64,000 nucleotides of DNA from Escherichia coli (GTDB lineage Bacteria; Pseudomonadota; Gammaproteobacteria; Enterobacterales; Enterobacteriaceae): NCBI RefSeq assembly GCF_024502345.1, contig NZ_JALDNN010000001.1. One strand, written 5' to 3'. Below, in pieces: positions 1 through 9,554 of this stretch (the stretch's first letter is position 1; every line of letters begins with the position of its first letter). A program made the translations under genes and the position numbers. The notes under the pieces are model-generated. The model saw nothing but the letters and a program-made list of their open reading frames with translations, was not told where the DNA came from and ran no database searches.

Positions 1-166
1 CACTTTGCGATGAAGGTGAAGCGTTGTATCACCGCATGACCGAGCAAGGAGTGCAATGTACCTGCCAACGCTACCCTGGCGTTATCCACGGATTTTTTCA
101 GTTAGGTGGTATCAGCGAGGCCGCGCGATCGGCACTACGGGATGTTGCCTGGAGAGCGGGAAGGTA
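1..166 (+). CDS. 3' end of an alpha/beta-hydrolase (esterase/lipase, HSL/Aes-like) gene; partial, start lies outside the window
   Basis: Open frame from position 3 to TAA at 164-166 gives ...LCDEGEALYHRMTEQGVQCTCQRYPGVIHGFFQLGGISEAARSALRDVAWRAGR*; a C-terminal HGF motif is typical of the catalytic His region of fold-3 esterases. Not in the ORF track because it is truncated. Confidence 0.45.
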
Positions 167-182
167 ACTTCGGACCTGGGCC

Positions 183-215
183 CTGAAAAGGTTTTCAGAT
201 TGAAAACCTTTTCAG
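183..215. repeat. Perfect 14-bp inverted repeat with 5-nt loop between convergent genes; possible bidirectional terminator
   Basis: ctgaaaaggttttc (183-196) / agatt / gaaaaccttttcag (202-215); lies between the esterase-like stop (166) and the yiiD stop (231). The stem is AT-rich, so terminator strength is uncertain. Confidence 0.4.
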
Positions 216-230
216 TCAAGTAAAACGCCC

Positions 231-1220
231 CTACTCTTCTTCGTTCCCGCCCTCTTCATACGGGCCAAATGGCTTCGCGGGCAGAACGATATACGTGCCT
301 TCAAACACTGCACCCGGCGTCTCGTCGCCAAAGATTTCAACTTGCATCTGCACCCGTGCTTTTCGTCCGCGCGCCAGACGGTCGAGATCGCCGCTTAAGG
401 CACCAAGGTCGGCTACCGCATGGGGTTTACCGCTAATCGGTTTGCTGTAGCGGATATGCGCATCCGCCAGAATAATCGTTCCGCCGAGGTGGCGTTCACG
501 CAGCATCAGCCAGATAAGCCCCCAACCGGTGAGCGTCGCCAGCGAGAATAAACTCCCGGCAAACAGCGTATGGTGCGGATTCTGATTGCCGGTTTCCGGC
601 ATGGTGGTGATAAATTTTTGCCCGGTATATTGTTGAATACGCACGCCCATTTTTTCACTAAGCGGGATATGTTCGTACCACGCCTGTTGCAGCTGCGCGC
701 ACCAGTCGCCGCGATGCAAAATATCATCCAGAGTGGCGACGGGCTTAATCATCAAAAAATGGCGAATCGGCGTGGTGGTTGGCGTGGTGATTTCTCCCTG
801 ATTAACAAACCCCAGCTTGGCGAAAAACTCCACCGCGTCTTCACGGGCGCTACAGGTCACGCGCTTAACGCCTTCCTGACGCGCCACCGACTCTAGGGTC
901 ATCGCCATCAGCGTTCCTAACCCTTTGTCCTGCACGTCCGGGTGAACGGCCATAAAGCGAATGGACGCTTCATTGTCGGCATTAATATACAGTCGGCCTA
1001 CCGCCACCAGATTACCCTGCTCGTCGACGACCATCTGGTGATGCGCCATCGCATCCCACGCGTCGCGTTCCGAACCTTTTGGTTGATGCAGGGGCTTACG
1101 CAACATTTCCCAGCGAAACTGATAGTAACGCTCTAATTCTTCTTCTGTTTGTGGAACCCGAAGGTGATACATAGCGATACTCTCTCTTGTTTCCCGTGAC
1201 AACCCTGGAAGCTGGCTCAT
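231..1220 (-). CDS. yiiD: GNAT acetyltransferase / thioesterase-like fusion protein YiiD (FabY)
   Basis: 329-aa ORF whose sequence I recognise as YiiD; start overlaps the dtd stop (ATGA), implying translational coupling. Confidence 0.9.
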
Positions 1221-1654
1221 ACCTGCAACCAGAATGTCACGGGGCCATCATTGACCAGCGATACCTGCATATCCGCAGCGAAGCGTCCTGTTTGCGTGTT
1301 CATCTCTTGCTGACGGCAGCGTTCGACGAAATAGTCATATAACGCCTCTGCGCGATCCGGTGATGCACCTTTGGAGAAACTTGGGCGCATCCCCCGTTCG
1401 GTATCTGCGGCGAGGGTAAACTGGGAAACCACCAGCACACTGCCGCCCGCCTGTTGCACGTTGAGATTCATCTTGCCTTCGGCATCGCTAAAGATGCGGT
1501 AGCCGAGCACACGCTCGCACAGACGGTTTGCTTTCTGTTCGTCGTCATCCTTTTCGACACCCAATAACACCAAAAGTCCCGCGCCAATTTCGCCCGTCAC
1601 TTCTCCCTCCACGGTGACGCTGGCACGGGTTACGCGTTGAATTAATGCAATCAT
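1217..1654 (-). CDS. dtd: D-aminoacyl-tRNA deacylase
   Basis: 145-aa [22 protein letters not shown]...; length and sequence match Dtd; 4-bp overlap with the upstream rbn stop. Confidence 0.95.
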
Positions 1655-2523
1655 GGTTCGTCGTCTTCTTCTTGTTCAGCTGCTTGTTTTAGTTTGCGGT
1701 ATTCCCCGAGAGTGACAGTAATTTCCGCGCCAAGCAAGACGATACACCATGTCCAGTAGACCCAAACAAAGAGAATGGGGATCACCGCCAGCACACCGTA
1801 AATGAGCTGATATGAGGGGAACATGGTGATATAAAGCGCGAAACCTTTCTTTCCTGCTTCGAACAGGAGTGCAGCAACAAACGCGCCGACAATCGCGTCG
1901 CGGTTAGGTACGCGGATGGTTGGAACAATGCTGTACAGCAACCAGAAGGAGATCCACGACAACAGCAGCGGAAAAATACGCAGCACGTTGTCGATGACAG
2001 TATTGAGATCGCTCGCCCAGCGCAGGGAGAGCAAATAGGAACTGATCGCCAGACTGGCCCCTGCCAGCAGCGGCCCCAGCGTTAAAATCATCCAGTACAC
2101 GGCGAACGAGTAAATTTTTGGTCGAGCTCGTTTACTGCGCCAGATGGTATTCAACGCGCTATCGATGGAGTACATCAACAATAACGCGGTGACGATCAGC
2201 CCGCACGCCCCAACGGCGGTCATCTTGTTGGAATTGGCAACAAATTGTTCGATATACCGCTGAATAACATCGCCAGTAGCAGGCAGAAAGTTGGCAAAAA
2301 TAAAGTGACGCAACTGAATGCTGACGTCGGAAAACATGGGAAAAGCGGCGAAAAGCGCAAAAACAACGGCAACCAGCGGCACTAATGAGAGCAACGACAC
2401 ATAGGCAAGGTTACCTGCCAGGGTTGTCATGTTGTCCTCATCAATGCGTTGCCAGAGTAGTTTCAGCCAGGCCCATAGCGGACGGGTACGGTGCCTGGCT
2501 TTGTCCTGAATGGTTTTTAGCAT
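1651..2523 (-). CDS. yihY: BrkB/YihY family inner-membrane protein
   Basis: 290-aa hydrophobic ORF with multiple predicted TM segments; position between yihX and dtd as in K-12. Confidence 0.9.
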
Positions 2524-3116
2524 AACACCTTCGCGAAATAGTCCGGGATGGTGGTTTTATCTTTCACCAGAATACTGGTAATGCCCAGCTGATTAGCTCC
2601 TTCTATATTATCGGCGTTATCGTCGAAAAAGGCCGTATCGCTGGGTGAAAAACCTTCCGCCTGCAAAACATGCTGGTAAATTCGAGCTTCAGGTTTGCGC
2701 ATCCCCAGATCTTGCGACAGATAGATATGGTCAGCAGCATCACGAATTTCCGGGTATTCTTCCGGCCAGAAGGTGGTATGCAGGCGGTTGGTATTGGAAA
2801 GCACCACCACGCGATGCTCCTGCTCACGCAGTTTATGCATGATGGCGATCACTTCCGGGCGCAGCGCAACAAACACCGCCTGCCAGCCGTGAGAGAACTG
2901 CTCGTAGCTTAGCGGTAGAGCCATCTCATGACACAGCGCCTCTGCGAACGCTTCGTCGCTAATTTCCCCGCGCTCATGCTGATGAAACGCCTCCCCCATA
3001 TGAAAACTCTTCTTAAGCGATGCCAGCGGAATACGCGTTAAATCGCTCCAGGCTCCCAGCACACGGTTAAAGTCGATATCGACAATCACATTACCTAAAT
3101 CAAAGATATAGAGCAT
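2517..3116 (-). CDS. yihX: HAD-superfamily phosphatase (alpha-D-glucose-1-phosphate phosphatase YihX)
   Basis: ORF-track frame 2517..3137; I place the start at the ATG at 3114-3116 ([18 protein letters not shown] motif I DxG) preceded by GGAGG; the track's upstream start is a GTG. Gives 199 aa. Confidence 0.9.
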
Positions 3117-3226
3117 TTTTGCCTCCTTTCGCGCCACAAGAAATTAACTGTAGCGGGAAAGGATGGGTTTGGCTATGTGGCAAGGTATGAAGCCAGGTCA
3201 ACGGTCACAAAAATCTACGCGTCTTC

Positions 3227-4000
3227 CTAGGGAAGAATGATTTCAATTTGGCTGTCTTGTAAGCGTGATTTTAGCGCAGCGGGCGGCAGCTCGTCGGTGA
3301 AGAGCGCGGTGACCTGTGCCACGTTACCAATTTCAACCGCCGCCGAAGCATGATACTTAGTGTGATCGGCGACCAGCAGGATATTTCTCGCGTGCGCCAT
3401 CATCGTTTTCACCACGTTAGCTTCGTTTACATCAAACTCCATCAACGCGCCATCGCTCTCGATTGCGCCTACGCTTGTTACCAGATAATCAGCACGAAAA
3501 TCGGCCACAAAGGACGCCGCTGAAGGGCCAATGATCCCGCTATTATGAGAGCGCAACGTACCGCCGGGCACCATCACTTCAAAGCGCGGGTTGTGGTAAA
3601 GAATATGCGCCACACGCAGGCTGTTGGTGATTATCCGCAAATGATTATGGTTAAGTAACGCCCGGGCGACATGCTCAACGGTCGTACCAATGGTGATAAA
3701 TATTGTTGAACCATCAGGAATATAGTCTGCCACCGCTTCGGCAATCGCTTTTTTTTCCTCGGTTTGCGAAACCTCACGCTGCTCGAACGCCGTATTAACG
3801 ACGCTGGAAGCCCGACCCGCGCCACCGTGATGGCGCGTAATCAGGCCTTGCTCGCTTAATTTACGAATATCCCGGCGCACCGTCTGCGTGGAGACATCCA
3901 GCAGATTTGCCAGCTCATCAATATTCATATACCCACGCTCGGCGATCAGCATGAGGAGTTGGTCGTGCCGCGGGTTACCGGTTAGTTCGGTAAGGCTCAT
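3227..4000 (-). CDS. yihW: DeoR-family transcriptional regulator of the sulfoquinovose cluster (CsqR/YihW)
   Basis: N-terminal HTH (MNIDELANLLDVSTQTVRRDIRKL) plus DeoR C-terminal sugar-binding domain; start chosen at ATG 3998-4000 (MSLTEL...) with GAGGAA 6 nt upstream; the track's longer start is a GTG. Confidence 0.85.
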   Translation of the reverse strand: MSLTELTGNPRHDQLLMLIAERGYMNIDELANLLDVSTQTVRRDIRKLSEQGLITRHHGGAGRASSVVNTAFEQREVSQTEEKKAIAEAVADYIPDGSTIFITIGTTVEHVARALLNHNHLRIITNSLRVAHILYHNPRFEVMVPGGTLRSHNSGIIGPSAASFVADFRADYLVTSVGAIESDGALMEFDVNEANVVKTMMAHARNILLVADHTKYHASAAVEIGNVAQVTALFTDELPPAALKSRLQDSQIEIILP

Positions 4001-4033
4001 GAAAATTCCTCGAAAAACCATCACCCTGGCATT

Positions 4034-4930
4034 TTATACAAAAAGTGACAAAAAAGATCGGGTTTGATCACAGTCAGGGATCCCGGCTCGTCCACCGGGA
4101 CGCGTGCATTTCAACGCCGCTACACCGCTGGCGAAGCGGACTGACTCCGCTAAATCCCCACCTGTTGCCAGCGCCACCGCCAATGCGCCGTGAAAAACAT
4201 CACCCGCACCTGTGGTATCTACCACATCAACTTTGAAGGCCGGTTGATGTTGACGCCCGCCATTTTCCAGCCAGTCACAGCCTGCGCTGCCCTGGGTCAC
4301 ATAGACATGACCATTTGTGAGCGTTTGTGCCTGTTTTAGCGCACTGGCCATCTCTTTCACACCCGTTAAGCGCGCCAGACCCGGTTCTGAAAAGGCCGCA
4401 TGATCGCTTAATGCCACCAGCTCGCTGATATCCTGCGGCGTAATATCACCGTCCAGAACGGTCATCACGCCCGCCTGCCGGGCCAGAGTGAAGGCTTTTT
4501 TAGCGCCGTCGTGCCAGCGTACATCTGCCAGCACAACATCCCACTGAGAGAAATCAATTTCCTCCAACCACTCTGCGTCAGGCAGCAGGTCCGGGCTGGG
4601 GTAGTTAATGATTATCCGCTCGCCTGTGGCATCCACCATGATGGCGGATTGCGATGATTTCGCCTGGTTATACCGTTTGGTGTAACGGGTGTTAACGCCC
4701 CAGGATTCCAGCTCTGCCAGCAGGCTGTTGCCCGTGTCGTCATCACCTACGCGACCCATAAAATCAACCTGCGCCCCCAGCCTTGCCGCCGCAACCGCTG
4801 CCGTCGCCGCTGGCCCGCCACCAACTTCCGTATAATTTCTCGCCACGTATTTACCGCTCTCCGTCGGTAACCCTTCCACGTAATAGATGCGATCCATCAC
4901 GGTTATACCTACACAAGCAACACGAATCAT
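4034..4930 (-). CDS. yihV: PfkB-family sugar kinase (6-deoxy-6-sulfofructose kinase YihV)
   Basis: PfkB ribokinase-like ORF with GAGD motif (DTTGAGDVFHGA); start set at the third Met (MIRVACVG...), 298 aa, with AAGGA upstream. Confidence 0.9.
   Translation of the reverse strand: MIRVACVGITVMDRIYYVEGLPTESGKYVARNYTEVGGGPAATAAVAAARLGAQVDFMGRVGDDDTGNSLLAELESWGVNTRYTKRYNQAKSSQSAIMVDATGERIIINYPSPDLLPDAEWLEEIDFSQWDVVLADVRWHDGAKKAFTLARQAGVMTVLDGDITPQDISELVALSDHAAFSEPGLARLTGVKEMASALKQAQTLTNGHVYVTQGSAGCDWLENGGRQHQPAFKVDVVDTTGAGDVFHGALAVALATGGDLAESVRFASGVAALKCTRPGGRAGIPDCDQTRSFLSLFV
4038..4050. promoter_or_regulatory. Copy 1 of exact 13-bp motif ACAAAAAGTGACA, upstream of yihW inside the 3' end of yihV; candidate regulator-binding element
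   Basis: Exact repeat of the 13-mer at 5063-5075; a chance exact 13-mer match in 64 kb is unlikely (about 1e-3). Confidence 0.4.
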
Positions 4931-4981
4931 GGTCATTCCTTAAACATTTTGGGATGCGTTCATTTTAATTTCACCAATTGT

Positions 4982-5075
4982 TTAAAAAGTGACGGCTGTC
5001 AATTTTTTGACTATAAATTACAAATACGATCAAAAACAGACAATCAAAGCGTGTCATAAATGACAAAAAGTGACA
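4982..5075. promoter_or_regulatory. yihV/yihU divergent control region with repeated AAAAAGTGAC motifs and the palindrome TGTCATAAATGACA
   Basis: AAAAAGTGAC at 4984-4993 and 5065-5074; palindrome TGTCATAAATGACA at 5052-5065; 13-mer ACAAAAAGTGACA at 5063-5075; TTGACT at 5007-5012. Lies between the divergent yihV and yihU starts. Confidence 0.45.
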
Positions 5076-5097
5076 TCGCTGTATTCAGGAGAAGGTT

Positions 5098-5994
5098 ATG
5101 GCAGCAATCGCGTTTATCGGTTTAGGACAAATGGGTTCGCCAATGGCGAGCAATTTATTGCAGCAAGGGCACCAACTTCGCGTCTTTGATGTGAATGCCG
5201 AGGCTGTGCGGCATCTGGTAGACAAAGGCGCGACTCCCGCCGCCAACCCGGCGCAGGCCGCTAAAGATGCCGAATTTATCATTACCATGTTGCCGAATGG
5301 CGATCTGGTGCGCAGCGTGTTGTTCGGTGAGAACGGCGTTTGCGAAAGCTTATCTACCGATGCGCTGGTCATTGATATGTCGACCATCCATCCGCTGCAA
5401 ACCGATAAATTGATTGCCGATATGCAAGCCAAAGGCTTCAGCATGATGGATGTTCCGGTAGGCCGTACTTCTGCAAATGCCATTACCGGTACTCTGTTAC
5501 TGCTGGCTGGCGGCACCGCTGAACAAGTTGAACGTGCCACGCCGATCCTGATGGCGATGGGCAGTGAGTTGATCAACGCTGGCGGTCCGGGCATGGGGAT
5601 CCGCGTTAAGCTCATCAACAACTATATGAGCATCGCACTCAATGCGCTTTCGGCAGAAGCTGCCGTTTTGTGCGAAGCCCTGAATCTTCCCTTCGATGTT
5701 GCCGTCAAAGTGATGAGCGGTACCGCCGCCGGTAAAGGCCACTTCACCACTTCCTGGCCAAACAAAGTCCTCAGCGGAGATCTTTCTCCCGCCTTCATGA
5801 TCGATCTTGCCCATAAGGATCTTGGCATCGCCCTTGATGTCGCCAACCAGCTGCATGTGCCAATGCCGCTGGGGGCCGCCTCACGGGAGGTTTATAGCCA
5901 GGCGCGCGCAGCGGGTCGCGGTCGCCAGGACTGGTCCGCCATTCTGGAACAGGTCCGTGTCAGTGCCGGGATGACTGCCAAAGTAAAAATGTAA
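5098..5994 (+). CDS. yihU: 3-sulfolactaldehyde reductase (3-hydroxyisobutyrate dehydrogenase family)
   Basis: 298-aa ORF with N-terminal Rossmann motif [10 protein letters not shown]; AGGAGAAGG SD upstream; matches YihU. Confidence 0.95.
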   Translation: MAAIAFIGLGQMGSPMASNLLQQGHQLRVFDVNAEAVRHLVDKGATPAANPAQAAKDAEFIITMLPNGDLVRSVLFGENGVCESLSTDALVIDMSTIHPLQTDKLIADMQAKGFSMMDVPVGRTSANAITGTLLLLAGGTAEQVERATPILMAMGSELINAGGPGMGIRVKLINNYMSIALNALSAEAAVLCEALNLPFDVAVKVMSGTAAGKGHFTTSWPNKVLSGDLSPAFMIDLAHKDLGIALDVANQLHVPMPLGAASREVYSQARAAGRGRQDWSAILEQVRVSAGMTAKVKM

Positions 5995-6017
5995 CGACTG
6001 GATAAAGGAATAAATGA

Positions 6018-6896
6018 ATGAATAAGTACACCATCAACGACATTACGCGCGCATCGGGCGGTTTTGCCATGCTGGCGGTCGATCAGCGCGAAGCCATGCG
6101 CATGATGTTTGCCGCGGCTGGGGCACCCGCTCCGGTAGCCGATAGCGTTTTAACTGATTTCAAAGTTAACGCGGCGAAGACCCTCTCGCCTTATGCCTCG
6201 GCGATTCTGGTAGATCAACAATTCTGTTACCGCCAGGTGGTTGAGCAAAACGCGATTGCCAAAAGTTGCGCCATGATTGTCGCCGCCGATGAGTTCATTC
6301 CTGGCAACGGTATTCCGGTAGATAGCGTGGTCATTGACCGCAAAATCAATCCGCTACAGATCAAACAAGACGGTGGCAAAGCCTTAAAACTGCTGGTGCT
6401 GTGGCGTAGTGATGAAGATGCGCAGCAACGCCTGGATATGGTGAAAGAGTTTAACGAACTGTGCCACTCACACGGCCTGGTAAGCATTATTGAGCCAGTC
6501 GTCCGCCCACCACGTCGTGGCGATAAATTCGATCGCGAACAAGCGATCATCGATGCCGCCAAAGAGCTGGGCGACAGTGGCGCTGACCTCTACAAAGTTG
6601 AAATGCCGCTTTACGGTAAAGGTCCGCAACAAGAGCTTCTCAGTGCTTCACAACGTCTGAATAACCATATCAATATGCCGTGGGTGATCCTCTCTTCCGG
6701 TGTCGACGAAAAACTGTTCCCGCGTGCCGTACGCGTGGCAATGACAGCGGGTGCATCGGGCTTCCTGGCTGGTCGTGCCGTCTGGGCATCGGTCGTCGGT
6801 TTACCAGACAACGAGTTGATGCTGCGTGACGTTTGTGCACCGAAATTACAACAACTGGGCGATATCGTCGACGAAATGATGGCTAAACGCCGTTAA
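6018..6896 (+). CDS. yihT: 6-deoxy-6-sulfofructose-1-phosphate aldolase (class I aldolase, LacD/DeoC-like)
   Basis: 292-aa ORF 24 bp downstream of yihU; matches YihT. Confidence 0.95.
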   Translation: MNKYTINDITRASGGFAMLAVDQREAMRMMFAAAGAPAPVADSVLTDFKVNAAKTLSPYASAILVDQQFCYRQVVEQNAIAKSCAMIVAADEFIPGNGIPVDSVVIDRKINPLQIKQDGGKALKLLVLWRSDEDAQQRLDMVKEFNELCHSHGLVSIIEPVVRPPRRGDKFDREQAIIDAAKELGDSGADLYKVEMPLYGKGPQQELLSASQRLNNHINMPWVILSSGVDEKLFPRAVRVAMTAGASGFLAGRAVWASVVGLPDNELMLRDVCAPKLQQLGDIVDEMMAKRR

Positions 6897-6911
6897 GATG
6901 GGGATACAAAA

Positions 6912-8153
6912 ATGAAATGGTTTAACACTTTAAGTCACAACCGTTGGCTGGAACAGGAAACCGATCGCATCTTTGATTTTGGTAAAAATTCCGTAGTACC
7001 GACCGGATTTGGCTGGTTAGGCAATAAAGGGCAAATCAAAGAAGAGATGGGCACCCATCTGTGGATCACAGCTCGTATGTTGCACGTTTATTCCGTTGCT
7101 GCGGCGATGGGTCGACCTGGCGCTTACTCGTTGGTTGATCACGGTATTAAAGCCATGAACGGCGCACTGCGCGATAAAAAATATGGCGGCTGGTATGCCT
7201 GTGTGAATGACGAGGGCGTGGTGGATGCCTCCAAACAGGGCTATCAACATTTCTTTGCTCTGCTGGGTGCTGCCAGCGCCGTCACTACCGGTCATCCGGA
7301 AGCGCGCAAGCTGCTCGATTACACCATTGAAATTATCGAGAAATACTTCTGGAGCGAAGAAGAGCAGATGTGCCTGGAGTCCTGGGACGAAGCCTTCAGC
7401 AAAACCGAAGAGTACCGCGGCGGCAATGCCAATATGCACGCAGTGGAAGCTTTCTTAATTGTTTATGACGTAACGCATGACAAAAAATGGCTGGATCGCG
7501 CGATTCGCGTGGCTTCCGTGATTATCCACGACGTCGCAAGAAATAATCATTATCGCGTTAACGAACACTTCGATACCCAGTGGAATCCGCTGCCGGATTA
7601 CAACAAAGATAACCCGGCGCACCGCTTCCGCGCGTTCGGAGGTACACCAGGCCACTGGATCGAATGGGGCCGTTTAATGCTGCACATCCACGCGGCCCTG
7701 GAAGCCCGTTGCGAACAACCGCCAGCATGGTTGCTAGAAGATGCCAAAGGTCTGTTTAACGCCACCGTGCGTGATGCCTGGGCACCCGATGGTGCGGACG
7801 GGATTGTTTATACCGTTGACTGGGAAGGAAAACCGGTGGTCCGCGAACGTGTGCGTTGGCCTATCGTCGAAGCGATAGGTACGGCCTACGCGCTCTACAC
7901 CGTCACCGGCGATCGCCAGTATGAAACCTGGTATCAGACATGGTGGGACTACTGCATTAAGTACCTGATGGACTATGAAAATGGTTCCTGGTGGCAGGAG
8001 CTGGATGCGGACAATAAAGTCACCACGAAAGTCTGGGACGGCAAACAGGATATTTATCACCTGCTGCATTGCCTGGTGATCCCGCGTATCCCGTTAGCGC
8101 CAGGCCTGGCTCCGGCAGTTGCGGCGGGTCTGCTGGATATTAACGCGAAATAA
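6912..8153 (+). CDS. yihS: Sulfoquinovose isomerase (N-acylglucosamine 2-epimerase fold)
   Basis: 413-aa ORF; matches YihS. Confidence 0.95.
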   Translation: MKWFNTLSHNRWLEQETDRIFDFGKNSVVPTGFGWLGNKGQIKEEMGTHLWITARMLHVYSVAAAMGRPGAYSLVDHGIKAMNGALRDKKYGGWYACVNDEGVVDASKQGYQHFFALLGAASAVTTGHPEARKLLDYTIEIIEKYFWSEEEQMCLESWDEAFSKTEEYRGGNANMHAVEAFLIVYDVTHDKKWLDRAIRVASVIIHDVARNNHYRVNEHFDTQWNPLPDYNKDNPAHRFRAFGGTPGHWIEWGRLMLHIHAALEARCEQPPAWLLEDAKGLFNATVRDAWAPDGADGIVYTVDWEGKPVVRERVRWPIVEAIGTAYALYTVTGDRQYETWYQTWWDYCIKYLMDYENGSWWQELDADNKVTTKVWDGKQDIYHLLHCLVIPRIPLAPGLAPAVAAGLLDINAK

Positions 8154-8333
8154 CTGACTAAAAAAAAACGACATATCAGGCTGCACGCCGGGTATGTCGT
8201 TATTCAATAAAGGTACCTCGTATGCAAATCACCAACATGCATTGCAGTGGACAGACCGTTTCACTTGCCGCGGGGGATTATCACGCGACCATTGTGACCG
8301 TCGGTGCAGGTCTGGCTGAATTAACCTTTCAGG

Positions 8334-9554
8334 TGTAGATTCAATTGGTCAACGCAACAGTTATGTGAAAACATGGGGTTGCGGAGGTTTTTTGAATGAG
8401 ACGAACATTTACAGCAGAGGAAAAAGCCTCTGTTTTTGAACTATGGAAGAACGGAACAGGCTTCAGTGAAATAGCGAATATCCTGGGTTCAAAACCCGGA
8501 ACGATCTTCACTATGTTAAGGGATACTGGCGGCATAAAACCCCATGAGCGTAAGCGGGCTGTAGCTCACCTGACACTGTCTGAGCGCGAGGAGATACGAG
8601 CTGGTTTGTCAGCCAAAATGAGCATTCGTGCGATAGCTACTGCGCTGAATCGCAGTCCTTCGACGATCTCACGTGAAGTTCAGCGTAATCGGGGCAGACG
8701 CTATTACAAAGCTGTTGATGCTAATAACCGAGCCAACAGAATGGCGAAAAGGCCAAAACCGTGCTTACTGGATCAAAATTTACCATTGCGAAAGCTTGTT
8801 CTGGAAAAGCTGGAGATGAAATGGTCTCCAGAGCAAATATCAGGATGGTTAAGGCGAACAAAACCACGTCAAAAAACGCTGCGAATATCACCTGAGACAA
8901 TTTATAAAACGCTGTACTTTCGTAGCCGTGAAGCGCTACACCACCTGAATATACAGCATCTGCGACGGTCGCATAGCCTTCGCCATGGCAGGCGTCATAC
9001 CCGCAAAGGCGAAAGAGGTACGATTAACATAGTGAACGGAACACCAATTCACGAACGTTCCCGAAATATCGATAACAGACGCTCTCTGGGGCATTGGGAG
9101 GGCGATTTAGTCTCAGGTACAAAAAACTCTCATATAGCCACACTTGTAGACCGAAAATCACGTTATACGATCATCCTTAGACTCAGGGGCAAAGATTCTG
9201 TCTCAGTAAATCAGGCTCTTACCGACAAATTCCTGAGTTTACCGTCAGAACTCAGAAAATCACTGACATGGGACAGAGGAATGGAACTGGCCAGACATCT
9301 AGAATTTACTGTCAGCACCGGCGTTAAAGTTTACTTCTGCGATCCTCAGAGTCCTTGGCAGCGGGGAACAAATGAGAACACAAATGGGCTAATTCGGCAG
9401 TACTTTCCTAAAAAGACATGTCTTGCCCAATATACTCAACATGAACTAGATCTGGTTGCTGCTCAGCTAAACAACAGACCGAGAAAGACACTGAAGTTCA
9501 AAACACCGAAAGAGATAATTGAAAGGGGTGTTGCATTGACAGATTGAATCTACA
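8334..9554 (+). mobile_element. Insertion sequence IS30, complete 1221-bp copy, flanked by 2-bp target-site duplication GG
   Basis: Left end TGTAGATTCAATTGGTCAACGCAACAGTTATGTG..., right end ...TTGACAGATTGAATCTACA (terminal inverted repeats); length 1221 bp; GG at 8332-8333 and 9555-9556; encodes a 383-aa transposase. Confidence 0.95.
8396..9547 (+). CDS. insI: IS30 transposase (DDE family)
   Basis: 383-aa ORF MRRTFTAEEKASVFELWKNGTGF... with N-terminal HTH and C-terminal DDE domain; recognised as the IS30 transposase. Confidence 0.95.
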   Translation: MRRTFTAEEKASVFELWKNGTGFSEIANILGSKPGTIFTMLRDTGGIKPHERKRAVAHLTLSEREEIRAGLSAKMSIRAIATALNRSPSTISREVQRNRGRRYYKAVDANNRANRMAKRPKPCLLDQNLPLRKLVLEKLEMKWSPEQISGWLRRTKPRQKTLRISPETIYKTLYFRSREALHHLNIQHLRRSHSLRHGRRHTRKGERGTINIVNGTPIHERSRNIDNRRSLGHWEGDLVSGTKNSHIATLVDRKSRYTIILRLRGKDSVSVNQALTDKFLSLPSELRKSLTWDRGMELARHLEFTVSTGVKVYFCDPQSPWQRGTNENTNGLIRQYFPKKTCLAQYTQHELDLVAAQLNNRPRKTLKFKTPKEIIERGVALTD

